A stretch of 64,000 bases of DNA from Pelomyxa schiedti. Its lineage: Eukaryota > Protista > Evosea. Made by a program: the position numbers and the translations under genes. Positions 1-10,900 of the stretch are shown here, piece by piece; within the stretch, counting starts at the first letter, position 1; each line of letters begins with the position of its first letter. The notes under the pieces are model-generated. The model did no database searches. It saw only the letters and a list, made by a program, of their open reading frames with translations, and had not been told where the DNA came from. The stretch spans positions 1 to 64,000 of the forward strand of contig JAHLWZ010000496.1 of the NCBI GenBank assembly GCA_020536535.1, given 5' to 3'.

Positions 1-1003
1 GGTACTGAACTTGGTGGTGTCACTGAATTGCATGGTACAAACATGGGAACAAACCACAAAGGTATCCCATAAACCCACCTCACACTCAACAATACGACAC
101 AACATAAGAAAAGAGGCAAAGTATTTTGGATGAATGAATACATTTCGGTGTAGGTTTTTGTATATTTGTATAGAAATGAGGTGAACTCAGTGTGTGTTGA
201 TAAAGGATGTGTGATTCTGCAAACACACAGGCAAACTGTGCGCAAGGCACACTCGCAAGACTCAAGACTGGAGACCCAGAGGCTGAGTCATCACTTACCA
301 AGTTTGGAAATCAAGTTCACAGAAAGATCATCGAGATACCCAAGACCTTTCCTTTGACTTTGGAATCCTTTATAAACACACACCGAGTCACCTCATTTCT
401 ATACAAAAATACAAATATACAAAAACCTCAACACACACCCAAGTGTATCCATCCATTCCAAGATGAATAAAATACTTTGTGCCTCTTTGTTCTCTTTTGG
501 TGCAGTTTCCCACCGAAGGAAACAAGGATTCCAAAGTCAAAGGAAAGGTCTTGGTCTCCATGAAACTTGATTTCCAAACTTGGAAAGTGATGATCTTGAG
601 TCTTGCAAGTGTGCCTTGTGCACAGTTTGGTTGTGTGTTTGCATAATCACAGAAAACATTAAAAGCACCAACAGATTACCCTTGTGAACTTGATTTCCGA
701 ACTTGGTAAGTGATGACTCAGCCTCTGAGTCTCCAGTCTTGAGTCTTGCGAGTGTGCCTTGCGCACAGTTTGCCTGTGTGTTCGCAGAATCACACATCCT
801 TTATCAACACACACTGAGTTCACCTCATTTCTATACAAATATACAAAAACCTACACCCAAATGTATTCATTCATCCAAAATACTTTGCCTCTTTTCTTAT
901 GTTGTGTTGTATTGTTGAGTGTGAGGTGGGTTTATGGGATACCTTTGTGGTTTGTTCCCATGTTTGTACCGTGCAATTCAGTGACACCACCAAGTTCAGT
1001 ACC
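1..1003. repeat. Long inverted repeat: arms 1-321 and 683-1003 with a ~360 bp spacer; the left arm runs off the window start
   Basis: 1-321 is the reverse complement of 683-1003 (e.g. ggtactgaac at 1-10 vs gttcagtacc at 994-1003). I found about 6 mismatches by eye. The mirrored ORF pairs 86..301/703..918 and 207..470/537..797 reflect this. Confidence 0.95.
340..554. repeat. Inner perfect 31-bp inverted repeat (340-370 / 524-554) nested in the spacer
   Basis: ccaagacctttcctttgactttggaatcctt vs aaggattccaaagtcaaaggaaaggtcttgg. Spacer segments ~370-480 and ~560-650 are degenerate copies of parts of the right arm. Confidence 0.93.
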
Positions 1004-1261
1004 GAACGGTACAGATGGGGCCGAGAATGTGGTTCCCTCTGGGAGGCAGCAACGGTCTCCATGTAACACCATTTTCTTCCCCACAAATCGAAGACTGTCG
1101 TAGGTAATGGGTCCAGAAAACTAACTGTCACAAACAACACCTTTGGGCCACAGAGTAAAAATAAAAAAGTTGGAGGAGTGATCACAAACCTCAATAAAAT
1201 CCAAGAGGAGATTAAAAAAAAAAAAACGAAACGGCACGAGGTGTGACTAAGACGAAGGAAT

Positions 1262-1612
1262 GATGCCGGAACGGCCATGTTTGGATCTTGTTTGATCTGT
1301 GGTGTGTAAGTTTGCACTGTCACACACAGCATCAGCATCGGCATCTTTGGAGGACACCAGATCTACTGTCATACACTCGAGAGTATGGACCCAGACAAGG
1401 TTGCGCCCACCGAACTTGTTTCGGTGGCTGAGGATGCCGATGCCGACGCCGTGTGTGACATTGCCAAGACCGCATAACACGCGTGGTGCATGCCTCCCCT
1501 ATTTTGTCTTTGTAACTTATTGTTGTATGTGCCTAAGTTCGTTCTGGCATTACTTGGATCCAGAAATGGTGTTCGAGAAATAATACAAGATATCCACGGC
1601 CAGGTTGGCATC
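1262..1612. repeat. Second, degenerate inverted repeat
   Basis: tgtcacacacagcatcagcatcggcatc (~1318-1345) vs gatgccgatgccgacgccgtgtgtgaca (~1435-1462). gatgccggaacggccatg..gatcttgt (~1262-1290) resembles the reverse complement of ~1585-1612. Confidence 0.7.
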
Positions 1613-2223
1613 GTTGGTCTTGAGGTTTGTTAATTTGTGTATTAACACACCTCGTTTAGTTAACATCAATCATTAGCAAACTGAAATGATTGAATAATGT
1701 CTCTTAGTTCGAACAACATGAACTGTAACATCTCCTTGTGTGTGGTGGGATGATAATATGCTGCACTACAGTTACAACACGAAAAAAAGTTGCAATTGTG
1801 TGTCACAATGAAATAGCAAGGGCTATTTGATAAAGCCCACAAGTGCTTCAAAAAGTTAAAGCAAAACTTCAACAAAGCGTTGCTATCCCCTTCAGAATTG
1901 GCTTAAAGTCTATCTCCACAGTTTTGATTTTAAGACCCATATGCGGAATTATTCACAAAAACTGCACCCAGAACTTGGTTCCTGTGAACCTTATTAAAAA
2001 TTTGTGGTGTGCACGATGTCGTTGTGCTGGTGTGGCCAAACTTGGGTATGTTCCCCCATGCGTTCAAGTAATAATTAAGTACTAGTAGTAGTCGTTGAAC
2101 GTGCACTACGAACTGTACAGAAAAAAACATCAACTGAAAAAACTGACGGCAAGGAAGGAAGAGGTTTTTTTTTTTCTCCCCTCCTTTCTCACTCTCCCGT
2201 TAGTTGCAGACGGTTTTTGACCT

Positions 2224-3679
2224 TTATTCTTAGGTTGAACGTGGACATATATAGTGAGATCCTTCGATACGTTGCCCTTGGGTTACCGTTATCCCGTAGT
2301 TCCAGGGGGCATTTCAGGAGGCAACGTGTCATACCTTGGTGTTCATGATACTGCTGAATCGTCGTCACGAGGTGATCTTCGAACATTGGTACGTTCACAA
2401 AATATTAACCACAATCCCAGGTAATGCAGCATCTGCTCCACTGAGGAAGAAACTTCGAACCTTGACACATAAGTGCGACCGTGATAGCTTGTTTAACCCC
2501 CTTTAACTTTGGTTTTGCCAGCTTCCAGGCTCCTCCAAAGCATTGTCCCGACCTCCCTGCCCAATCTTACGCCGAGAAACAACAGAGTTCAGAGGAGGCA
2601 CCTTTGCCCACACAGGTGCCCTTGGGAGAACAGCTGAGAACCACTTCAACTACAACATCTGTGGTTCATAGGACTCGCCTACCATCAAGGGCTGCTCAGT
2701 GTAGTGGAGTGAATGACGACGACGACGGCGATGATGATAATGATGGTGGGGGTGAGGAGGGAGAAGAAGAAGGAGATTGCTCTCAACCAGAGCAGAGAGC
2801 AGTGGAAGGCTGCTTTGATAGTTGTGTAAGGGAGGGCAGAACCTCCGTAATAGTGCGCTGTCTTCTTAAAACGAACAAGTGCGCCATCTGTTACGATCAT
2901 AAGGTACTTACAGCCCCCTCTCGTTTTTGTTCACCTAACCAATGCCAAACTCCGCAGGGGAACGAAGCACTGGTGATAGTTCGCCCTGGAGTTACGCCAC
3001 CCACCGTTCCCCAGTTCTACCTGCTGGGTGGAGTACATAACACGGAGCTCATGTTGACCGGGGCTTACAACATTAACCCCGAATCCATAACCCCTGCCGT
3101 GACGGCAATCCAGGACAAGTACCTTGGCGCCCCGAGGATGGATCTCCGTTCCGAGGCGCAGTTGGAGGGAGACAGGATCGTTTTGGTTGATGCGGGAACC
3201 CAAGAAAGCGTTGGTATGTTCTTTGTACTTCGTTTTGAGCTTTCTCACGTTTGTGTCTCCAGACTTGATATTTGGTGTGGTTGAAAAAGTGAATGGCAAT
3301 ACTTACTCCAAAGTGTTACCAGAGGGCAAGGAGCAGCACAAACTGTTCATTAAGAAGGCGACTTTAGACCTGCTGCCTGACAAGTGCCTCACCAAGGGCA
3401 ACATCTATCTAGCCAAGGGGGTGGACATTGGGTGCCACGACCGCTACACCATTGACCAAGGTATCCTTCCCTCTCCTACTCAGGCTAAACACTCAGTCAT
3501 TCCAATAGAAGTGAAGTTTTTTGTATCTGAAAAAGCGTTTATCATGTTGGACCCCCCGTGCTCGACGCTGTGACGCGCCGCTCTTGCACAAGAAGATGTG
3601 TGTCCAGAGCATTTTCCCAAAGGACCACCTAAGGCGAGCTAAGAAGAGGGCACCAACCCACACTGTGGATACTTCCTAA
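2224..3679 (+). CDS. Hypothetical multi-exon protein (acidic low-complexity stretch; function not recognised)
   Basis: ORFs 2481..3284 and 3124..3573 can be joined across GT-AG introns. The last exon ...RAPTHTVDTS ends with TAA at 3677-3679. The start is uncertain. Confidence 0.45.
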
Positions 3680-3859
3680 CCTGACAACTCCTCGATTTGA
3701 ACACATCCATGGAGTCAAAACATAAAACTTCTCCCCAAAACTTTTTCTCTTTTCTTCACCATTTAATGGTGTGGTACTTAATACCAGCTTTGCTGGGTTT
3801 TTGTGTTTACAGTCTCAGTATCCTACCACAGAATCTCAAGGCATGGTGGGTTGGTTGCT

Positions 3860-5798
3860 TCAGAGTGACCGTTCACAGGGAGGCCGGTATTCCAGTCCCA
3901 GTGCCTAGTGGAGAGTTGGGGGGCATCGAAAGGGAATGCAACCTCAAAGACCTCCTGCTCTGAATTTATGGCTATCGGCTCGCCTTTTACACCTTGTTTC
4001 ATGAGTATCGTGTGTGGGAATATGCGGGATTTTTACCTGTGATGCCAATTGGAGAAAAGTCATACTCAGTGAGCATGAACTTCTTCTTTTGTGCCAGTAT
4101 ACTTTGTTGAAACTTTGAGTACAAACAATAAAGACAGGGGAAATAGAACCTCAATTGTCGATTGTGCTCACCACTGCCAGTGAAATGCAGAAGGGCGCAA
4201 TAACTTGTAACAAACAGTGAACATGCATGAGAAAGAAATGAGAAACTCTCACAAGCATTCTAGTGGGAAGAGCTTGATGTCAATTCTCCGATACGGGTAA
4301 TCATCACCTTTCTACTGAATGATTGGACTTTTCCACTGGCAATTCGGACATGGATACCAACCAATTTGCATACACCCATGAACTGCATGAAGCCGGAGGA
4401 AATAATGTCAGTAACAATGTTTGCGGCCACAAGTCTTTCTACGATGTTGGACATCAGCCCTCTGGAGTCTTTCCGCAAGCGACAGTCATCTGTGTATTGG
4501 GGGTGGGTAACAAGGATGTCAATATCCCCACTGTTAGGCAGCCCGCGCCTACTGTGTGAAGTTTAGTTCACTTAATTAATGAATGGCACACACTAGCTCC
4601 CAACAACTTCCATTTTGTACAGGGGATCGAGAGCATTTAATTCTCCTCGGATTTTTGACTTTTGAACAGAATAGTGTTGAAACAAAATTAAATTGGAGGA
4701 GTTAGAAAAAGGAAACCTCAAAAATGCTGATCTCTTCTCTGGGAACCCTTTTTTCTAAATCATAAAAATGCTTCAATCCTGATGAGAGTTAGATGTTTGG
4801 AGAGGGATAATTGCTCACCAATTTCTTGGTGCTTGTTAAGTTTAGGTAATAACCGCTGCAAGTCTTCCAGAGATCGCACATGCTCTTGGTCAACAAATCG
4901 TACAGCAGCTTTGGGACTTGTTTTTTTTTGCTCTAAGACACTTATTTGAGGTGGAAAAAAGGATACCCAAATCCAGGAACTCTGCACAATAAATTGATGG
5001 CCACTTGGCGTTCATCATTCCTAAATTTTTCAAGTTTGCACAGTTTATGAGTGTCCAAGATCTCCTGGATTTTCTTTTCTAAAGATCACCTATGAGAACT
5101 GTGATTTACAATAATGAGATATTCCCACCAATTTTTACTCCAATGCCGGACAAGTCTTTTCATTTCGTTAGAAAGAGTGTATGTAGCTAAACAGAATGAA
5201 TAAAACCTCGGGCTTCTGCACCCTGTAGAAATTAAATCAAAACGGCAGTCATATTTTTAAAATGTCTCATACAGAACGAACTGGTTGAGGGTGTACTTTC
5301 AACGCATTGACAGCCTTTTCCAAAGCCAATATAAACAAACAAATAGGGCTCTAATCATTAACCAGGAAGAAGAGACTTCAAACCTTCAAGTAGGCATGAT
5401 ATTTGTGGACTTGTCCGTTGTTTTTCTCGTTTGTCGCCACCTCTGCCAAGCAAGAGTCACCCATAAGTCTTAACACTTGCAAAACCACCACCACCCCCCC
5501 CCCGCCATCATCATGATCCACGCAAAAACAAACCTTCCAGGATGTCAGTGATGAGTTTGTTGTGGTTCACAGACTGAGCCGTGGGAACATCAGGAAAGGC
5601 GCCGACCTGCTTTCTCTTGGTGCCAGCCAACTTATGGGTCCCGCCAACCGCCGGACAACAACCGCCCCTGCCACCGTCACCAGATCCACTGCTACTCGAT
5701 GTGCTAGTAGTACTAGTAGTGGTGGTAGTAGTACTAGGTTTTGGTCTTGCACTAGACGTCGTTGAGGTGGTGCTCGTTGTAACCGCAGACCCGCGCAT
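3860..5798 (-). CDS. X-family DNA polymerase (Pol beta/lambda-like), about 10 exons
   Basis: Spliced motifs: NHNKLITDILE, LSGIGVKI, KLNKHQEIG, EVVGSY|RRGLPNSGDIDILVTHP (catalytic DxD; intron ~4552-4593), QFMGVCKL, YCALLHFTGSGEHNRQLR, GEPIAINSEQEVFE|ALGLEYRPPCERSL*. These are standard Pol X motifs. Confidence 0.93.
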
Positions 5799-5832
5799 CA
5801 CTCCCAATCTTTGAAATTTTCCCTTTCTTTGC

Positions 5833-5988
5833 TGCAGACCCCAAGTTGGGGGGCTGTTCCCAGAGTCAACAAAAAAAGGGATCTACCTTCTGGGAGTAAG
5901 ATAAGAGTCTGTTTTGTGAGGAAGGCCATCGGTCCAGAAGTTCCGAGAGGTGTGTTCTAGGACTCCTTCCAATGGCCGTCCTCAGAAT
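5833..5988 (-). other. Candidate structured small RNA (two long hairpins) between divergent genes
   Basis: 16-nt stem 5917-5932 / 5969-5984, a second stem system at 5835-5911, and an upstream TCCCATAA box at 6052-6045. Identity unknown. Confidence 0.35.
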
Positions 5989-6297
5989 AGATAACAGGAG
6001 CTCTTCTCTGAGAAAAAAGCAAAGGACATTCTTTGGGCAACTCCTTATGGGATGCTCAGTCATGAGATAAGAAGACTGCAGATGCCACCTTTTCCTCTTC
6101 GTCGGTTTCCAGTTTGTTGTGGCTTTGTTGTGCGAGTGGAGCCACTGGAACCCTTCCCAGAATCTGATCTTGAATCCATCTGTACCTTCTGTGGTCCCCA
6201 TCAAGAAAACGAAACTTCCTGCCCCAAGAGCTGGGACAGCATTCCTCGAAAAAACCGATTCGTTGCCTGGACACCGCTTAGTTTTCTGCAGTTTGGG

Positions 6298-7827
6298 ATG
6301 CAGGCGCTTTTCCCGTTCTTGTGCATTCTTCTTGTGGGTGTTGCCCGGGCCGATTATTTCTTGCACTTCTCCGACACTCACTTGGACCTGGACTACGCAG
6401 AAGGTGTGAGGGACTGTAGGATCTTACAGTGTTTGTTTTTACCTCTGTAACATCACCCCACAGGATCTCCAGTGGAATGCCTCTCTTCTGATGTTGGATT
6501 ACCCTGTTGTCATTCTCACGACATTGGGAGTGGTAGTGCAGGTACTACTACTTTTTCGGCATGTTGTTTTGTCGTAACTTTCTTCCTAGGGCACTATGGT
6601 GAAGTCTCGTGTGATGCAAGTCACGCTCTTATGGGAGACATTTTAGAAGAAATGCACAAGCTTTACCCTGACCCTGATTTCATTGCGTTCACTGTGAGTA
6701 TTAGTAGTACAGACTTATTTAATCACTTCACTATGTAGGGTGATATTATGTGCCACTCTGATGTTACCTCAATCAATTCCAAAATAATTGATGCATGGAA
6801 CTCTTTGTATGATGCGTTGGAGGACACATTTCCTGGTGTTCCTGTGTATTCTTCCATGGGGAATCACGACACCTATCCAGTGGATATCCTGAGACCAAAC
6901 GGAGAAGAAAAAGTGGTTTCTGACATGGCCGACGTATGGAGCAGGACTCTCAGCGATACTGGGGCTCTTGAAACGGCCTCTGCTTATGGATATTACTCCA
7001 CTGTTCTTCCATCGAAGTATCTTTCTTTTTTCCCTTGCTGTTCTCTTAGTATTTAGCCCAAAGATCCGAATCATATCTATGAACTTGATGTACACACTGA
7101 AGGGAAATTTCGAAGTGGATGGCGATGACCCAGACCCCGCTGGCCAAAAGGCGTGGCTTTATGACACACTTGTTGACGTGGCTGCCAAGCAGGAGGTTAG
7201 AACCAAAACCGAAGTTCTGAATCTTACTTGAAACTCAAGATTCCTCTCCTCCTTCTGCACGGACCCCTCAGAAAGGATACCAAGTCAAACTACACAGAGT
7301 GGTTTACCGGTCTCCTAGATGAATTCACCACAACAGGTGCCGGAGCCGTTCCAGTTTATCAGCTAGGAGGGCACACACACTACGATGAACTTCAGTTCTA
7401 CCGGCCTTCTATCGGGGCCTCTTCACAATCATACATGCATCTCGTTCCCCAAACAGCTTTCCGGCAAGACTTATGGCCAAGTGTCAGTGTCTGGGTATAC
7501 GACAACATCGAATCCATGGAGCTCGGCGACATGCTGCTCTATCACGTCAATGTCACACGAGCCAACTCTGAGCTGCACATCACACCTGAACTATTCTACA
7601 GCACCCGAGATACCTGGGGGATTCCAGACCTCACACTCAAGTCCTGGGACACAGTGGTAGAGAGGCTCAGAGTGGACGAATCCACAGCTATCAAGTATCT
7701 CACTATAATGAACACTGACCCGTCCCTGGCCCCACAGTCTTGTGATTTGTCATGCAGGCACCAGCTCTATTGTGAGGTGGCGTATCCCACAACTGACCTA
7801 ATCGTGGAATGCCGCAAGTCCCTTTGA
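6298..7827 (+). CDS. Acid sphingomyelinase-like phosphodiesterase (SMPDL3/ASM family, secreted)
   Basis: Signal peptide MQALFPFLCILLVGVARA, then metallophosphoesterase motifs FLHFSDTHLD, FT|GDIMCH, SMGNHDTYP, LLHGP and GGHTHYDE, and a C-terminal Cys pattern CDLSCRHQLYC. Confidence 0.9.
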
Positions 7828-7981
7828 GTAAAATCCACCCACTCAATCGACACTGTACTTGTTGGATCAAATCGTTTGTTAAGATTCTCAAAAAAAGATG
7901 GCTTATCTATTTTTTTTTCTAGTTACGGATCTGCCCACACAAAAAGGAAAAAAAAGTTGCCAGAGCGAGGCACTTCACGGG

Positions 7982-10900
7982 ATGGATACCGGAAGCAAAA
8001 CAACAGAGCAGATCCCACAGCTAGATTCACAACTACAGACTGCATCTTATGCACCGTCGTCGGGTTTCTCGTCGGCCCCAGACGCTGTATCGGAAACGAC
8101 GGCGGAATCTGCATCCGCGCCGTCGTTGGGTCCGTCGCCAAAGAGAATGAGGCCGAACACACCAATCCCGCGACCTCCGCAGCCTGTGGTTCTTGCTCCC
8201 ACTCTCGACGCAAACCAACAGCGGCAGCAGCAACAGACGCTGTTGCTGCAGTTGCAGAAACGACAGACGGAGGTCATAGCAAGCGCGAGCGCGGGCAGCG
8301 GCGTTGCGATAGGCTCTGAGGTTGGCACATTCACAACAAAGCTGCACGGACCTTCTCAGGAAAGAAACGGCGATTCAGGATCAGCTAGTCATGTGGCAAC
8401 CACTACGGCTACTACATGCACCACGTGCACGTCTACTACATCTACTAGCAGCACTGACACCAGTACCAGTGTCAGTACCAGTACAAGTGCTTGCGGCACG
8501 AAATTGGGGGCAGAAAGGAACTTGGGAAATGAAAACAGAAATAACACTAGTGGTGATGTGTGTGGTCCATTGCAGAGGAGTGCAACTGATTCTGGGGAAG
8601 AAAGAGAAGATTTGAGCAATATAGAGTCAGTTCTTTCTGATGATGACGGCTACCAGGTTGTGATGCGCTCTAAAGAAACGAAGGTGACAAAGGAGACCAC
8701 GAAAAGTAGGAAGCGGACTGCTCCCAGTCATAGCTCCCCAATAAAATTAAGGAACAATGCAGAAGAGACAATAGCTAGTACAAGTAAAATTTCAGTTTCG
8801 CTGGATAATGAAACTTTGTTAAATTGCTTTGGTCTGAATCAGGAGCCTTGTACCAGAGGTTTTTTACTTTTCCTTTTTTTCATAGTCTAAACATGTGGCA
8901 ATGTAGCCAGGCACATTCAAGCCTGTTCTTCCAATCCCTTCTGCATCCAATCTATAGTAGGCAAAAATGTTACAAAAACAGCAGACAAAGCATTTCAGAA
9001 ACGCATCGAAGAAGATGACCCCTCATCCAACCAACGCACTATACAGTACTCTGGACTAGAGGTGGGGCATTTTTCCTCTCCCAGTTTTCTAAGAACGAAA
9101 AAAGAATCTGGGTGCCACTTGTTACATGAATAGTTCACTTCAGGCACTGTATCATGTTTCGTCTTTTCGACAAGCTGTATACAAATGTTTTCAAGATGGA
9201 AACAGTGCTGAAAACACATCAACCAGTTCTTCCAAACTTCCTCCTGACCTGGCTACAATTGGTGTTGAATTGCAGAAGTTGTTCTGCAATATGCAAAAAT
9301 CACTCCAAAGCTCGCAGTCTACAAAAGACTTTGTCAATGCACTCCATTTATCACCTCAAGAACAGCAAGATCCAGACGAGTATGAATAATCAAGCCTTTT
9401 ATGTCTTTACTGATTAAGAAGCAGATTCCTGAAATTATTTATACCTTTTCTTGAAAAATGCTTCAAATCTAGTCATTCAACTGATCTACAAGACTTCGTC
9501 AACACAAACTTTGAAGTATTTTCAGCTAACTTGTTGTTCATCCACTAAAAGATGGCAACAGGGCACTGTTAGCATGATAACAAAGTGCAGAAAATGTGGA
9601 TGTGAATCTATTCGGAAAGATGCTTTTCTTGCTCTGGGTCTGAATGTGAAGGTTTACCTGCCACTTTCTCGTTAAACTTACTTATTTTTTTTTCTAAAAA
9701 GTGCGCCTTACTTTACTGTAGGGAATGAGTACACTTGATGAATGCATTACGAACTCCCTGAGTGAAGAAGTTTTGTCTGGAGATAATCAATATCCTGTTA
9801 CTGTGCCACTTTCCCTTTATTGTTCCTGTTGCTTTCTTTTACTTTTCGAAAGTACTCATGTGGAACATGTGACAGTTTGCAGGATGCAACTAGACGGGCT
9901 GTTCTAGAATCCCTGCCTTCTGTTTCTCTATACTTTTTTTTCGCAGTGTAATGTGACCTTTTTCCAGGTTTTTATTGTCCATCTCATGAGATTTGTTGCT
10001 GAAACAACTAGTTCCGCTGCTTACGTTAAAAAAAAACTGCGCCATCAAATAACATTCCCCTACAAAATGGATGTGTCGAAATACATTGCCCTACCTCAGG
10101 CACCACACAGACGTTCCCCGAAATCTTGTTCCTATAACCTTTTTGCCATAATCATCCACAAAGGCGCATCAGCACAATCGGGTTTGTGCCCACCTTTAGT
10201 TTTTATTCATTTTTCAACTGATGCCCACCAAGGCCATTACATTTGTCTCGTAAAGCCTGAAGGGTATTATTCCCCTGAGTTTGTATGAGTTGTAACTCTT
10301 TCCCCAAACAAATTCAGGAGTAATAGCTGGTTTGAATTCGATGATACCGACGTGACAGAGAATGAACAAATAACGTCTCTGAAAGCTGCTGGAGAGGATG
10401 GGATTTTCAAAGCAGAATCTGCAAGGTGACATTATACCCTCCCAACAGCAGAAAGAAGAAAACGGGCACTGATATCCCACCCCTTCTCCCTAGCAACTTG
10501 AAGTCCACTGGTGCTTATTTGCTTTTTTATACAAGAGCTGATATTCCTATTGTGGAGACGCCCACTCCCCCTACTCTGTAACCATCTTATTTTTTGTATC
10601 GTTTGACCTCCAACCACTTATCCAGGCTTGAACAACAAATTGAAAACGAAAATGTTGCATTTCGTGAGACACTTGTTCAATGGTCCACAGTTAAAGATAA
10701 TGCAATTCAGGAGAGGAAAAAACAACGCAGGTTATATGACAAGGTTGTTGCGGGGATTTCTGAAGTTGCACCTTTGAAAAATGTAGTGCACATTCTTCCC
10801 ACAAATCGCACTGCTTCTTTGTTTAACAGTTGCCCATCACCACCCCACAGCTTTCACGGGGACATTGGTTGAGCAGAGCGTGGATAGCGGACTACTTTTG

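Noticed and set aside
86-918. Short ORFs 86..301, 207..470, 537..797 and 703..918
   Set aside because: They are mirror-image translations of the inverted repeat with no domain signal.
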